Positions 17,316 through 31,495 of a stretch of DNA of 64,000 nucleotides are shown in pieces. A model generated the notes under the pieces. The model saw only the letters and a list, made by a program, of their open reading frames with translations. It searched no databases and was not told the DNA's origin. Origin of the DNA: an uncultured cyanobacterium (GTDB lineage: Bacteria; Cyanobacteriota; Cyanobacteriia; Leptolyngbyales; Leptolyngbyaceae); assembly GCA_963766075.1 (NCBI GenBank), contig CAVYAN010000031.1, positions 37,048-101,047 of the forward strand. The letters run 5' to 3'. Every line of letters starts with the position of its first letter. Within the stretch, counting starts at the first letter, position 1. Made by a program: the position numbers and the translations under genes.

Positions 17316-20300
17316 TTACGGACAGACTGCCACAGGGGATTGAACCCCGGTAAACTGCAAAAATCCTGCTGGAGCAACAAAGGTATTGCTTGCAAATACG
17401 CCAAATAGATTTGCCCCTGTTAAGGATAGGGTATTTGCCGGAACGTTCACCGCGTTGACAAATAAGATGTTGTTGACCGTGTTCCCGCTCACATTCAAAC
17501 ACATGAATTGGGAACTGCCAGGACTGGCGGTGGTTTGTGCCCCAAAGCTGGTAGCAGTGTTGCCGGTAAGAGTATTCTGCTGAATATTGGCTGAGAGCTG
17601 GGGTGTTCCTAAGCCAACTAGGCTAGCGGTACTCAAATCAATACCGCGCACTCTATTGCCAGTAATGGTGTTGCTGCGGATCGCCAGATTCGCCTGACTG
17701 CCCCCGCGGACCCCAACCTGAACACCATTTTGACCATTGCCGATAATGGTGTTGCTGCGGATCGTTCCGGTGAGCCGGGCCGTAACTGGATTTAGGATCG
17801 GAACCGCAAGCTGACCCAGACGAATATCAATGCCTTCGTCGCCATTGCCGCGAATCGCATTGTTTTCAATCAGCACGTTGTTGACGATCGCATCCTGTTC
17901 CAAGCCGATCGCGATCCCATCGCCGCGCACCGGAGCAGCACCGCCGTTGTTTTCCAGGATATTGCCGGTAATCGTAATGGTGGAGGTAGACGGAGTTGTT
18001 GTTTCCCCGGTTCTGCCAGCCAGTCCCAGCAAGATGCCGTCATTGAAGTTATTGCGCACCTGGTTGTTGGCCAGGGTCAGGTCCAGTTGCCCGGAGAAAT
18101 TCGCCAAGGCAATTCCCTGACCGCTATCCGAGGCGGGTGGGGTGGGCGAGAGGGCACCCGCGATCCGCTCAATTGTGTTGCCCGTCACGTTAACCGTGCC
18201 ATTGACATTGAGTAGCAGCAGTCCCTGTCCGGTGGGAAAGATGAGGACGGCAGGTCCAGTAGCAGTGGGGTTAGCGATCGCCACGTTGCGGGTGACCACA
18301 TCGCTGATCTGGTTGTTGGCGATCGTCGGGGTGCCCGACGTTCCCGTAATCACCATGCCCTGATTCACCGTGTTCTGGATTGCGTTGTTAGACACCGTGG
18401 TGGTGCCAGAGGCGGCAGCAACTGTCACCCCCTGTCCCCGGACGTTGCTAACCGTATTGCGGCTCACATCCAGCGTGTTGTTGGCTCCAGCCACCACAAT
18501 CCCTTGGCCAGTCGGCACGGCGAGATTGCCCAGAGCCGGAACGGTGACCGTGAAATCATTACCAACCGTGTTGGAAACTGTATTGTTGGTCACGGCAGCA
18601 GGTCCAGTGGCGTTCAGGAGCACGATGCCCTGGGTTCCAGTCCCCGAAACGGTGTTGCGTTGGATGTTCGCCGGGCCGGTAACCGACGACACGACAATGC
18701 CTTGACCGCTAGGCAAGGGAATGATGCTGCCAGGATTGGGAATCGTGGCTGAACCAAGGGTGATGTCGCCCGTAATCGGATTGGCGATGGTCGTGGTGCC
18801 CGCGATCGTGTTTGTGACTGTGTTATCTGCGATCGTGGTTGTGCCCACATTTTGCAGGAAAACGCCCTGATTGCGGGCGGACGTAATTTGATTGCGCAAC
18901 AGCGTCGCATCGCCTACCCCGTTGCCAAGAATGCCGTTGCCTGCAGTATTAGCGACGAAGTTATCCCGGACCTGGACCCGGCTAACGTTATTGAAGGTGA
19001 CGCCTGCTCCAGTTGCACTGGTGATCGAGAAGCCCGACAGCACCGTGTTGTTGCCCATCGTGACCGTGCCCGTGACGGACGGAAAAACCCCGCTGCCAGA
19101 GAGCGGCAGTTGATAGGATGGAAAGAATTGCCCGGAGATCGTCGCCGGCACGAGTTGAACAGGACCCGTCGAAAGCACCTGGACGCGATCGCGAATGGTG
19201 AACGCCGGAATGCCTGAATTGGTCCCAGCTTGAACATAGACAATGTCGTTGCCGTCCGATCGCGTTGCATTCAGAGCGGGTTGTACCAATCCAAAGGGAG
19301 TCTCGATCGTCCCATTGCCGCCGTTAGCCCCCAGCGTGACGTGCTGGAAAAAATAGGGCTGACCGGTGGCTGGGTTGGTGAGGATCGTGTCGATGAATGG
19401 GCTACTGGTCAGTTCAACCTCGCGCTGGCGGTCGATCGCGATCGCGTTAATCCGGTACGGCATCTCACCCAGACGCGCCTGCACCGATTTGGGATTAGCC
19501 CCTTTGGAATAGCTGTTCGGAAAGGCGAGGGCGATCGTCCCGAATACATTCGTGCCAAAAATGCCATCGTGCTGAACGGTCAATCCCAAAGTGAGACCAT
19601 CCAATGGACGGGCTTCCAGTCTGCCCCGCACACCCACCGAGCTATCATCAGCAGACAGGTAATACAGTCCCCCATAGCCACGCAGGTCGCCGCCATTTCC
19701 AAGCGGCAATACCCTACCACCCGCTTCCAGATCAAAGCCCGCCATGGCGACTTCAAAATCCCGGATGACCTGTCGCTGTCGGAGTCCCGATGCCCGTAGA
19801 AAGTGGTCTTCAAAGCGAAAGCTGTTGAGCTGAGTGCCTGTATCGAAGATCCGTTCACTCCCGATCTGGCGCGCATCACCAACCGGGATGTAGGCATTCA
19901 GCCGCGCATCCCAACCGTCTCCCAGCGTCTCGAACCCAAGTCCCAATTGGGAAAAGAGATTATTGCCCGTATCGCGAGTGTCGTAGCCGAGATAAGCACC
20001 ATGGATGCGGTTTGCGCCCGGATTGTAGACGCGATAGCCGAGCAGCAGATTGCCGCCCAAGTTCGCGTCGTTGTCCAGCAGGAGTCGCCCAACGAGGTAA
20101 AACAGGTCTTGCCCGGGCGTTTGCTGCAGCGGAATAAATCCCTCAAAACTGCCGAAGCCGTCGTATCCGCCCCCGGATGAGCTGTAGCTAACACTCGCCC
20201 TGGCAGGAATCGGTAGGTTAGTGGTGATGGAGACGGCTGGTTCATCTGCCTGAGCCAGATCTGCCGCTTGGGTGCGAACTGAAGCGTTCGCTGAAGCGGT

Positions 20301-20393
20301 CTGCGCGATCGCCCGCTCACTCACGAACCCAACCAGCGCGATCGCCGATAATCCCCCCATCCATTGCTGCCACACCCGTAATTTCACAGCCAA
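17316..20393 (-). CDS. Secreted right-handed beta-helix protein with N-terminal beta-barrel-like domain
   Basis: Signal peptide (AIA-Q), amphipathic strands (GANRIHGAYLGYD, QLGLGFE, RLNAYIP), then many N-x-I-x-N...GI repeats. Confidence 0.75.
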   Translation of the reverse strand: MAVKLRVWQQWMGGLSAIALVGFVSERAIAQTASANASVRTQAADLAQADEPAVSITTNLPIPARASVSYSSSGGGYDGFGSFEGFIPLQQTPGQDLFYLVGRLLLDNDANLGGNLLLGYRVYNPGANRIHGAYLGYDTRDTGNNLFSQLGLGFETLGDGWDARLNAYIPVGDARQIGSERIFDTGTQLNSFRFEDHFLRASGLRQRQVIRDFEVAMAGFDLEAGGRVLPLGNGGDLRGYGGLYYLSADDSSVGVRGRLEARPLDGLTLGLTVQHDGIFGTNVFGTIALAFPNSYSKGANPKSVQARLGEMPYRINAIAIDRQREVELTSSPFIDTILTNPATGQPYFFQHVTLGANGGNGTIETPFGLVQPALNATRSDGNDIVYVQAGTNSGIPAFTIRDRVQVLSTGPVQLVPATISGQFFPSYQLPLSGSGVFPSVTGTVTMGNNTVLSGFSITSATGAGVTFNNVSRVQVRDNFVANTAGNGILGNGVGDATLLRNQITSARNQGVFLQNVGTTTIADNTVTNTIAGTTTIANPITGDITLGSATIPNPGSIIPLPSGQGIVVSSVTGPANIQRNTVSGTGTQGIVLLNATGPAAVTNNTVSNTVGNDFTVTVPALGNLAVPTGQGIVVAGANNTLDVSRNTVSNVRGQGVTVAAASGTTTVSNNAIQNTVNQGMVITGTSGTPTIANNQISDVVTRNVAIANPTATGPAVLIFPTGQGLLLLNVNGTVNVTGNTIERIAGALSPTPPASDSGQGIALANFSGQLDLTLANNQVRNNFNDGILLGLAGRTGETTTPSTSTITITGNILENNGGAAPVRGDGIAIGLEQDAIVNNVLIENNAIRGNGDEGIDIRLGQLAVPILNPVTARLTGTIRSNTIIGNGQNGVQVGVRGGSQANLAIRSNTITGNRVRGIDLSTASLVGLGTPQLSANIQQNTLTGNTATSFGAQTTASPGSSQFMCLNVSGNTVNNILFVNAVNVPANTLSLTGANLFGVFASNTFVAPAGFLQFTGVQSPVAVCP

Positions 20394-20640
20394 ATCTTTC
20401 CGTAGAAGTACAGAGATTGCGTAGTCATATCAAAATGCGATCGCTCTGTCAATTCAATGAATCAGTTATTGACGCCGCGAAACCCACGGAAGTCACATGC
20501 GATGACCTCAGCCCGATTTAGGATAAACGGAATGCCGTGTTATTAGAAGATTTGTTAATATTCGGGACCGGGGGTTGTGGCACAACAACCCCATTAAGAC
20601 CTCTTTTCTGCTGCCTCGGCATGTGGAGTCATGATGCACC

Positions 20641-21687
20641 CTACATTTTTGATGCGCGCAATTGTCCACAGGCCGCATCAGCCGACATGCCTCGCGTTTG
20701 GCGAACGCTGACGGCAATGTGCTGGGCCTGCAACGCCTCCACAAACGCTTGCACCCGGCGCGGATTGGGCCGTTTGTAATCGACTTCGCTAATCGGGTTG
20801 TAGGGGATCAGATTGACATGGCTTTGAAAGCCTCGCAGATGTTGCGCGAGTTCCAGCGCGTGATGCGGGCAGTCATTTAGCTCCGCCAGTAAAATATATT
20901 CAAACGTGACCCGGCGTCCGGTCAGCCGCACATACTCCCGGCACTCATCGAGTAAATCCTCCAGGGGATAGGGATGGGCGCTGGGAATTAGCTGCTCTCG
21001 CACGGCTTGATTGGAGGCGTGGAGGCTGACGGCTAGGGTGGCCTTGAGTTGATGGTTGGCTAGACGGGCAATATGGCCCGGAATGCCGACGGTGGAAATG
21101 GTGATGAAGCGGTTGCCAATGCCCACGTCTTGATTCAAGCAGCGCACAGCGGCCAAAACGTTATCGGTGTTTAGCAAGGGTTCGCCCATGCCCATAAATA
21201 CGACGTTGGTGACGCGGCGCTGAAAGTCTTCTTGAACGGTCAGCACTTGATCGACAATTTCGTGGGTTTCTAAATTCCGAATAAAGCCGCCTTTGCCCGT
21301 GGCACAGAAGTCGCAGGCCATGGGGCAACCCACCTGGGAGGACACACAAACCGTTAGCCGCTCGCTTGTTGGGATGCCCACGGCTTCGATAATGTTGCCA
21401 TCCGCTAGCCTTAGCAGAAACTTAACGGTTTTGTCTGGGGCTTGCGATCGCAGGTGCACCTGCGATCGCCCGATTTCTGTGCCATCGAATTGCTCCCGCC
21501 ACGTCTTGGGAAACACCGTGATGTCTTGGAGCGATCGCGCACTCTTCTCATAGATCCATTGATACAATTGCCCCCCCCGATAGGCGGGCTGTCCTTGCTG
21601 CTGCACCCACTCGGTTAGCTCTGCTTTGGTGGCACCCAGCAACGGCTTGGCGGGAAGTGGAGCAGGAGCGCTGATCGTCAGGGACAT
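20641..21687 (-). CDS. rlmN: 23S rRNA A2503 methyltransferase RlmN
   Basis: [29 protein letters not shown] and AACGQL motifs. Confidence 0.95.
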   Translation of the reverse strand: MSLTISAPAPLPAKPLLGATKAELTEWVQQQGQPAYRGGQLYQWIYEKSARSLQDITVFPKTWREQFDGTEIGRSQVHLRSQAPDKTVKFLLRLADGNIIEAVGIPTSERLTVCVSSQVGCPMACDFCATGKGGFIRNLETHEIVDQVLTVQEDFQRRVTNVVFMGMGEPLLNTDNVLAAVRCLNQDVGIGNRFITISTVGIPGHIARLANHQLKATLAVSLHASNQAVREQLIPSAHPYPLEDLLDECREYVRLTGRRVTFEYILLAELNDCPHHALELAQHLRGFQSHVNLIPYNPISEVDYKRPNPRRVQAFVEALQAQHIAVSVRQTRGMSADAACGQLRASKM

Positions 21688-21843
21688 GGTGAATTGAAAA
21701 AAGACTACTTGAGCATCATAGTCCTTCCATTCCCCTTTGTGGTTAGCCCAGCGGTTGGCCCAATGGTTCGCCCAGTGGTTAGTTCAATAGTTAAACCACT
21801 CAGGCTGGGGTCAGCCTACCTGGGGAAACGCCTGATCTGCCAC

Positions 21844-22767
21844 TCACAATACCGCTGCCCGCATCCGTGCAATGGGAATGCACACCAGCTTACCCAGCCC
21901 GGACACATAGGCGCGTTGGTTAAAGACGTCGTACTGGTTATGCTCAATCACATCCAGAATTTTGCGGTAGGTCATCAGCGCTGTCCATACGGGGAAACGG
22001 GCATCGGGGCTGAGTTGGCCAATGCCTGATTCTGCTGCCGCAAAGAACTTGCGGGCCCGTTGGATTTGAAATTTCATCAGTTCTCGCCAACGCTCGTCCA
22101 ACACGCCGTTAAATAGGTCTGCTTCCGTATAGTTGAACAGCGCCAAGTCTTCCAGCGGCAGATAGATCCGGCCTCGGCGAGCATCTTCGCCCACATCACG
22201 CAAGATGTTGGTGAGCTGATTGGCAATGCCCAGGGCGATCGCCTGCTCCGTAGGGTCAATGCCACCGTCATACCAGGGCGTCGTTTGATTCGTCGTATCC
22301 ACCCCCATCACCGGCGTGGTCATGAGGCCCACTGTGCCTGCAACCCGGTAGCAGTAAAGATTCAGTTCCTCGAAGGTGTTATAGCGCGATCGATGTAAAT
22401 CCATGCGCTGTCCGGAAATCATGTCGCGAAATGGCTGAATATCAATTGGATAGCGCTTCAACGCATCCACCAAGGCCAGATCGAAATGATCCGCCGCCTT
22501 GCCTGCAAATACGCCCTCAACTCGGCGTTCCCAGGCGTCTAAGGTTTCATTGGTCGTGGTCGCAGCCCGAGGCCCATCCACCAATTCATCCGTACGACGG
22601 CACCAGACGTAGATCGCCCAGATCGCCCGCCGCTTTTCCTCCGGCATCAACAACGTGCCGAGGTAAAACGTCTTTGAGTATTTCGCGGTAATCTGGCGAC
22701 ATACTTCATAGGCATCCTCTAGGGAGGCTGACGATTTTACGCAAGACTCTTCCGGCAACTTCAGCAT
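21844..22767 (-). CDS. crtB: Phytoene synthase
   Basis: YSKTFY, RRTDELVD, YCYRVAGTVG and NILRDVGED motifs; directly downstream of pds. Confidence 0.95.
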   Translation of the reverse strand: MLKLPEESCVKSSASLEDAYEVCRQITAKYSKTFYLGTLLMPEEKRRAIWAIYVWCRRTDELVDGPRAATTTNETLDAWERRVEGVFAGKAADHFDLALVDALKRYPIDIQPFRDMISGQRMDLHRSRYNTFEELNLYCYRVAGTVGLMTTPVMGVDTTNQTTPWYDGGIDPTEQAIALGIANQLTNILRDVGEDARRGRIYLPLEDLALFNYTEADLFNGVLDERWRELMKFQIQRARKFFAAAESGIGQLSPDARFPVWTALMTYRKILDVIEHNQYDVFNQRAYVSGLGKLVCIPIARMRAAVL

Positions 22768-22798
22768 GTCCTTGAGAACGCTTGGCGACATATTCCCT

Positions 22799-24253
<1,455 letters not shown>

Positions 24254-24271
24254 TTAAGACTTTTCAATTTA

Positions 24272-24296
24272 ATTATACGTTACAAGACGTTACATC
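24272..24296 (-). promoter_or_regulatory. pds promoter -10 (TATAAT) with HLR1-like direct repeat
   Basis: GTTACAAG-AC-GTTACATC at 24279-24296 adjacent to minus-strand TATAAT (24272-24277). Confidence 0.5.
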
Positions 24297-24306
24297 GCTC
24301 TTTCTC

Positions 24307-26285
24307 CTACAAACTCTGCGGAATTTCCGCTGTTTCATCGCCCGAGGGGGTGGTTTCGCCCAATGGGAGATCGGGCTGCCGATTCCGCTGCTGTAACTCT
24401 TGCAGCGTCGGAACTTTTACGGTGGCGGCTTTTTCCTGTAATTGGGCAGCTTTTTCCTGAAGTTCAGCCGCTTTCTGGCGGAATCGTTGCATCAAACCGT
24501 CTAATTTAGAGGGTTGAGAGGGAAGGGCAGGCTTTTCAATTGGGGCGGCCTCGACTTTTTCAGATGATGGGCTGGGCTGGAAGCGCTTTTGAAACCGGGA
24601 TAGGGCGGGCGTGGGATTAGAATTGCTGGGGACCTCAATCGGGTCAGGAGGTGTGATGGGTTCGGGCTGAACTGGCTTTTGCACCGGATCGGGCTTAACG
24701 AGATCGGGCTTAACAAGATCGGGCTTAACGGACTCGGATGGGGCCGTTCTCTGAAATCGATTGAAGAATTCGGGCTTTTTGAATTTGGCTTTTTGGGATG
24801 TGGGGGATTCGGGGGATTCTGAGGGCACGATCGCCTCTCCTGCCGCCTCTCCTGATGATTTAGAAGGAGGCCCTAGCTCTGTGGGCACCGATTTTGGCTT
24901 TGCAGCAGGTTGAATTTCCTTAACAGGCGCAGCCATGGGTTCTTTCGTGAGAGTTTGATTCTTAGAGGCTTCCTCCTCGGGGATTTCTTTCTCGGGCTGA
25001 TTGGGTGCGATCTTCTTCTCAACGTTCGGCTCCGGCGTGACGCTTTTCGGCTGTGCCTTAGGGCGCAGCAAACTGGGACGCTTGGCGGCCTTGGGTTTAG
25101 GGGCGATCGCTGCGGGTGACTCCACGGGACTGGGCGAAGGACTTGGGGCTGGGGCCACATCCTGGAAGATTTTCCCAGGCATCGCCTTTGGCGCAGGCTC
25201 GGGGGCCATGACGGGGGCTGGCATAATTCCAGGGACGCGGTCGAGGGCGGGTGGGACAACCGGGACTGATTTAGGTTCCGGGCTGGGGACGGCTACGGGT
25301 TCTGGGTCAGGAGCGGCTATGGGTTCTGGCGGAGGCGTATAGGTATAGGTTGGATCGGCGATCGCCCGAGCCTCCTCCAGGGATACCTCGCCCCGCACAA
25401 TCCGAGAGAGTCCGTCTTGGCCCTGCGGCTCCCAATTAATCAGTCGTGCCGTATTACTAAACACGTTATTGAGCGGATTGCCGTTTTCATCGATGTATTC
25501 CAACTTCACCCAATTTTTCCCCGGCTTGAAGCCCTTGAGATAGAGGGGCTCCCACTGGTCCAACACAAAGTCATCGCCATTGACCGTCACCCGAATCCGC
25601 CAGTCGGGAATATCATCTTTGGTGTCTTCCTGTGCCACCAGATGAAAGGCGCGTTGGTCAGATAAAAATCCAGCAGAATTGGCTCTGCCCCATAGGTTCC
25701 CTGGGGCCGACTGTAGGTGAGTAAAGGCGGCTCGAAATCAGGATGGTTTTCGTCGGTTTTGGTAAAGACGTGAAAGGTGACCTGGGCATAGGCCCCTTCG
25801 TTCTTAAAGCTTTCGTGCCAGGGGCGCGAGGCAAAGGCCCGCAAGGTATGGGTACCTGGAGACAGGTCCGGGAGTATCAGGGGCTGTTTCACGTCATAGA
25901 CGGCCTGATAATTCTGGTTGTCCAATAGGACATGGAGATGCGGGCCTAGGCCGAATTTCTCGTTTTTAAAGATCGGTAAATCCTTAACTTGGAACTGCAC
26001 AGCTACTGTATTGTCTTGCAGAACCTCGTTAGACTTTGGGCCTAGGATTTTAATCTGAGGCTGGTTGTCCTCAAATTCAGCCTGCAAGTCTTGAATCAGT
26101 TGAGGGGCAGCCACTTCGGTAATTTTGCCCGCAAGCTTGGCGGGATTCCGGGGCGCGGCGATCGCCACCGCAGGGCCACTGCGATCGCCCCAGCCGTCAG
26201 GCCCCAATCCACTAATCAACACCACCATGAGTAAGACCTTCACCATGGCCTTCACCATGGGCCGCCACTGCATCATTCCCCGCAC
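24307..26285 (-). CDS. Exported hypothetical protein with Pro-rich C-terminal tail (frameshifted near 25645)
   Basis: ORFs 25587-26285 and 24307-25638 join as ...YLTNAP(F/L)HLVAQED... if one base is added. Confidence 0.7.
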
Positions 26286-26947
26286 AGAGCTTCCTCCCTA
26301 TCAATCAACTTGAGGACTTGCAACCTAGGGAACTATAGCCGAATCCCCAGGCGAATCTCCGCGATCCCAGATTATTTTCTGGAATGATCCCCGCCGCCCT
26401 TAAAGCGATTTGTTACCCCGGGGGTAGAATTATTACCCTTTGTATCGAAAGATTTCCGAAAAGATAAAGAGATGCGGCGATCGTGGCATCAAAAATCATC
26501 GCAATTCATGATCGACTTTTTCTCTGCAACCCTTGATTGTGGCGAAGAATCAAGCTCACCATAGGTTTTGTCTATCGTTTCGTTTTGTAAGCACAATGGC
26601 TCAAACCCTTGACTTTTGCATTTGCGCTCAAATCCTGAAACCTTGATGGGTGCTGGATCTGCGCTTTTTGAATTATTGTTAACAGCCTTCCAGCCCATGC
26701 CAGCCCAAGCCCTATAATGACTCGTTGAGAACCCCTACCGGGCTGAATGCACTGCTCCACCAGCGTTTCTGTTCTTGGAGGTGTGCTTGATCCAGTGCTA
26801 GAGTCATGCGCTCAAACGCTGAAAGCCATAGCTGTACGGCGATTCGGGAATTATTCATCCTGTTTGCATCCGTCGGGCAGTGAAAAGCTAGGTCAAAGCT
26901 GGTAGTGGGGGATTCCTCGTTCCTTGTCTAGAGAGAGGAGAGTCTCA

Positions 26948-29188
26948 ATGACAACTACCCCAAAGGCGAAGGTCGTTGTCGATAAAGATCCGGTTCCTAC
27001 TTCTTTTGAGAAGTGGGCTCAGCCGGGTCACTTCGACCGCACCCTCGCTAAAGGTCCCAAAACCACCACCTGGATTTGGAACCTGCACGCGAACGCCCAT
27101 GATTTCGATAGCCATACAAGCGACTTAGAAGACGTATCTCGGAAAATATTCAGCGCACACTTCGGCCATCTTGCCGTTGTGTTCGTCTGGTTGAGCGGCA
27201 TGTATTTCCATGGCGCAAAATTTTCAAATTATGAAGCCTGGTTGGCGAACCCGACTGCCATTAAGCCTAGTGCGCAGGTCGTTTGGCCAATTGTGGGTCA
27301 AGAAATTTTGAATGCAGATGTTGGCGGTGGCTTCCACGGGATCCAGATTACTTCTGGCTTCTTTTACCTGTGGCGTGCCGCTGGCTTCACCAATGGTTTT
27401 CAGCTTTACTGCACCGCAATTGGCGCCCTCGTCATGGCGGCATTGATGCTGTTTGCTGGCTGGTTTCACTACCACAAGGCAGCGCCAAAGTTGGAGTGGT
27501 TCCAGAATGTTGAATCGATGATGAATCACCACCTGTCCGTGCTGCTGGGATGCGGCTCGCTGGGTTGGGCGGGTCACCAGATTCACGTATCGCTGCCCAT
27601 CAATGAGCTCCTCGACAAAGGAGTTGCGGCCAAGGATATTCCGCTGCCTCACGAGTTCATCCTGAACTCGAACTTGATGGCAGATATTTACCCCAGCTTT
27701 GCTAAGGGCTTGACTCCTTTCTTTACGCTGAACTGGGCTGAGTATTCAGACTTCCTCACCTTTAAGGGTGGGCTAAATCCAGTCACAGGCGGGCTATGGT
27801 TGACCGATACGGTCCACCACCACTTGGCGATCGCCGTCCTGTTCATCATTGCGGGCCACATGTACCGCACGAACTGGGGCATCGGTCACAGCATGAAGGA
27901 AATTCTGGAAGCGCACAAGGGACCCTTTACGGGTGAAGGTCATAAGGGACTCTACGAAGTTCTGACGACTTCCTGGCACGCACAATTGGCTATCAACCTG
28001 GCAATGGTTGGCTCCTTGAGCATCATCGTTGCCCAGCACATGTACGCCATGCCTCCCTACCCCTACATGGCCACGGACTACGCCACGCAGATTTCGCTGT
28101 TCACCCACCACATGTGGCTCGGCGGCTTCTTCATCGTTGGCGGTGCGGCTCACGGGGCGATCTTTATGGTTCGGGACTACGATCCCGTCGTGAACCAGAA
28201 CAATCTGCTGGATCGCATGCTCCGTCATCGCGATGCCATCATTTCTCACCTCAACTGGGTCTGTATTTTCCTGGGCTTCCATAGCTTTGGTCTGTACATT
28301 CACAACGACACGATGCAAGCGCTGGGTCGTCCCCAAGACATGTTCTCGGATGATGCCATTCAGTTGCAGCCCATCTTTGCCCAGTGGGTGCAGCACCTGC
28401 ACACCTTGGCTCCTGGGACGACTGCGCCCAATGCTTTGGGTGCCGCCAGTGTTGCTTTCGGTGGCGACACCGTAGCGGTAGCTGGAAAGGTTGCCATGAT
28501 GCCCATTGAATTGGGTACGGCGGACTTCCTAGTTCACCACATCCACGCCTTCACGATCCACGTCACCGTGTTGATCCTGTTGAAGGGCGTTCTGTTTGCT
28601 CGTAGTTCTCGCCTGATTCCCGACAAGGCGAATCTGGGCTTCCGCTTCCCCTGCGACGGTCCGGGTCGTGGTGGTACCTGCCAGGTTTCTGGTTGGGACC
28701 ATGTCTTCCTGGGTCTGTTCTGGATGTACAACTCCCTCTCCATCGTGATTTTCCACTTCAGTTGGAAGATGCAATCCGATGTTTGGGGCACGGTCAACCC
28801 CGACGGCTCTGTGGCTCACATTACGGGCGGCAACTTCGCCCAGAGCGCTATCACCATTAATGGTTGGTTGCGTGACTTCCTGTGGGCGCAGGCGACTCAA
28901 GTGATCACCTCCTATGGTTCTGCGCTGTCGGCTTACGGCTTGCTGTTCCTGGGCGCACACTTCGTCTGGGCATTCAGCCTGATGTTCTTGTTCAGTGGTC
29001 GCGGCTACTGGCAGGAATTGATTGAATCCATTGTTTGGGCACACAACAAGCTGAAAGTAGCTCCTGCCATTCAACCTCGTGCTCTGAGTATTATTCAGGG
29101 TCGGGCTGTAGGTGTAGCGCACTATCTCTTGGGAGGAATTGTCACTACGTGGGCATTCTTCCTGGCTCGCACACTGTCACTGGGATAA
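26948..29188 (+). CDS. psaA: Photosystem I P700 apoprotein A1
   Basis: [10 protein letters not shown] and [12 protein letters not shown] motifs; GAGGAG RBS. Confidence 0.99.
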   Translation: MTTTPKAKVVVDKDPVPTSFEKWAQPGHFDRTLAKGPKTTTWIWNLHANAHDFDSHTSDLEDVSRKIFSAHFGHLAVVFVWLSGMYFHGAKFSNYEAWLANPTAIKPSAQVVWPIVGQEILNADVGGGFHGIQITSGFFYLWRAAGFTNGFQLYCTAIGALVMAALMLFAGWFHYHKAAPKLEWFQNVESMMNHHLSVLLGCGSLGWAGHQIHVSLPINELLDKGVAAKDIPLPHEFILNSNLMADIYPSFAKGLTPFFTLNWAEYSDFLTFKGGLNPVTGGLWLTDTVHHHLAIAVLFIIAGHMYRTNWGIGHSMKEILEAHKGPFTGEGHKGLYEVLTTSWHAQLAINLAMVGSLSIIVAQHMYAMPPYPYMATDYATQISLFTHHMWLGGFFIVGGAAHGAIFMVRDYDPVVNQNNLLDRMLRHRDAIISHLNWVCIFLGFHSFGLYIHNDTMQALGRPQDMFSDDAIQLQPIFAQWVQHLHTLAPGTTAPNALGAASVAFGGDTVAVAGKVAMMPIELGTADFLVHHIHAFTIHVTVLILLKGVLFARSSRLIPDKANLGFRFPCDGPGRGGTCQVSGWDHVFLGLFWMYNSLSIVIFHFSWKMQSDVWGTVNPDGSVAHITGGNFAQSAITINGWLRDFLWAQATQVITSYGSALSAYGLLFLGAHFVWAFSLMFLFSGRGYWQELIESIVWAHNKLKVAPAIQPRALSIIQGRAVGVAHYLLGGIVTTWAFFLARTLSLG

Positions 29189-29206
29189 GCGAGGAACATA
29201 AACACT

Positions 29207-31436
29207 ATGGCAACTAAATTTCCTAAATTTAGCCAAGACCTCGCTCAAGATCCAACCACCCGGCGGATCTGGTACGGGATTGCAACGGCTCACGACTTTG
29301 AAAGCCACGACGGCATGACCGAGGAAAATCTTTACCAAAAGATTTTTGCCTCTCACTTTGGTCACATCGCCATCATCTTTCTGTGGGCATCGGGCAGCCT
29401 GTTCCACGTAGCTTGGCAAGGCAACTTTGAAAAGTGGATCACCGATCCGCTACACATCAAACCCATCGCCCACGCGATTTGGGATCCTCAATTTGGCAAG
29501 GATGCTGTTGATGCGTTTACCCAAGGTGGCGCATCCTACCCCGTAGACATTGCGTACTCTGGTGTTTATCACTGGTGGTACACGATTGGGATGCGGTCGA
29601 ATGCAGAACTATACGCAAGGCTCGATCTTTTTGCTCCTATTCGCGGCAGTCATGCTGTTTGCGGGTTGGTTGCACCTTCAGCCCAAGTTTCGTCCCTCTC
29701 TCGCCTGGTTTAAGAATGCTGAATCCCGCCTGAACCACCACCTGGCTGGTTTGTTTGGGGTTAGCTCCTTGGCTTGGACGGGACACTTGGTGCACGTCGC
29801 CATTCCCGAGTCTCGCGGTCAGCATGTGGGTTGGGATAACTTCCTGTCCACCCTGCCTCACCCTGCTGGGCTGGCTCCGTTCTTTACAGGCAACTGGGCC
29901 GTTTATGCGGAAAACCCAGATACGGCAGAGCACCTGTTTGGCACGGCAACCGGCTCTGGAACAGCGATTCTGACTTTCTTGGGTGGTTTCCATCCTCAGA
30001 CTGAGTCTTTGTGGCTGACGGACATGGCGCATCACCATTTGGCGATCGCAGTCCTGTTCATCGTTGCGGGTCACATGTATAAGACCAATTTTGGAATTGG
30101 TCACAGCATGAAAGAGATTATGGATGCCCATAATCCGCCCAAGGGCACGCCCTTTGGTGGCATGATCGGTGACGGCCACAAGGGGATGTACGACACCTAC
30201 AACAACTCCTTGCACTTCCAACTGGGTTGGCACTTGGCTTGTCTCGGTGTGGTGACCTCGGTGGTGGCGCAGCACATGTACGCCATGCCTCCCTATGCGT
30301 TCATCGCGAAGGACTTCACCACAACGGCTGCTCTGTATACCCATCACCAGTACATTGCTGGGTTCTTGATGGTCGGCGCGTTTGCCCACGGCGCTATCTT
30401 CTTAGTGCGGGATTACGATCCGGATCAAAACAAGAACAATGTGTTGGCTCGGATGCTTGAGCATAAGGAAGCCCTGATCTCTCACCTGAGCTGGGTCTCC
30501 TTGTTCCTGGGTTTCCACACCCTGGGTCTGTACGTTCACAATGATGTGGTCGTTGCCTTCGGTACCCCCGAAAAGCAAATCTTGGTTGAGCCCGTTTTTG
30601 CCCAGTGGGTACAGGCGGCTTCCGGCAAGATGATCTACGGCTTCAACTCCTTGTTGTCGAACCCCGATAGCATTGCGTACACCGCTTACCCCAACTACGG
30701 CAACGTTTGGTTGCCCGGTTGGTTGGATGCGATGAACAGTGGCAAGAACTCGTTGTTCCTGACCATTGGCCCTGGCGACTTCTTGGTGCACCATGCGATC
30801 GCTCTAGGTCTGCACACCACCACCTTGATCTTGGTCAAGGGTGCGTTGGATGCCCGCGGTTCCAAGCTAATGCCCGACAAGAAGGACTTCGGTTATGCTT
30901 TCCCTTGCGACGGCCCCGGTCGTGGCGGTACCTGCGACATCTCGGCTTGGGATGCGTTCTACCTGTCCATGTTCTGGATGCTGAACACCATTGGTTGGGT
31001 TACCTTCTACTGGCACTGGAAGCATCTGGCAATCTGGTCTGGAAACGTGGCCCAGTTCAATGAAAGCTCGACCTACTTGATGGGTTGGCTGCGTGACTAC
31101 CTGTGGCAGTACTCCGGTCCATTAATCAACGGGTACAACCCCTATGGCATGAATAACTTGGCCGTCTGGGCATGGATGTTCCTCTTTGGACACCTGATCT
31201 GGGCTACCGGTTTCATGTTCCTGATTTCTTGGAGAGGGTACTGGCAAGAACTGATCGAAACCCTGGTTTGGGCACACGAGCGGACACCTTTGGCGAACCT
31301 AGTTCGCTGGAAGGACAAGCCCGTGGCTCTGTCCATCGTGCAAGCACGTGTGGTTGGTCTGGCTCACTTCACTGCGGGCTACATCATTACCTACGCGGCC
31401 TTCTTGATTGGGTCTACGGCAGGCAAGTTCGGTTAA
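29207..31436 (+). CDS. psaB: Photosystem I P700 apoprotein A2 (apparent +1 frameshift near 29615)
   Basis: [20 protein letters not shown] start; [13 protein letters not shown] in the second ORF; one extra base in TAC-G-CAA-GGC. Confidence 0.97.
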
Positions 31437-31459
31437 TTTGAGCGTTGTCTCGCTCTCTA

Positions 31460-31495
31460 GCAAAAAGCCCTCACCGGATGGTGGGGGCTTTTTGC
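31460..31495 (+). terminator. psaAB intrinsic terminator, partly duplicated at 31545-31580
   Basis: GCAAAAAGCCCTCACC-GGAT-GGTGGGGGCTTTTTGC. Confidence 0.85.

Noticed and set aside
29207..31436. psaB pseudogene or split gene
   Set aside because: A single indel in an otherwise intact core photosynthesis gene, matching the error pattern in five other genes.
27224..31441. Many long antisense or alternate-frame ORFs over psaAB (also over clpC and thrC)
   Set aside because: Expected shadows of codon-biased, highly expressed genes.
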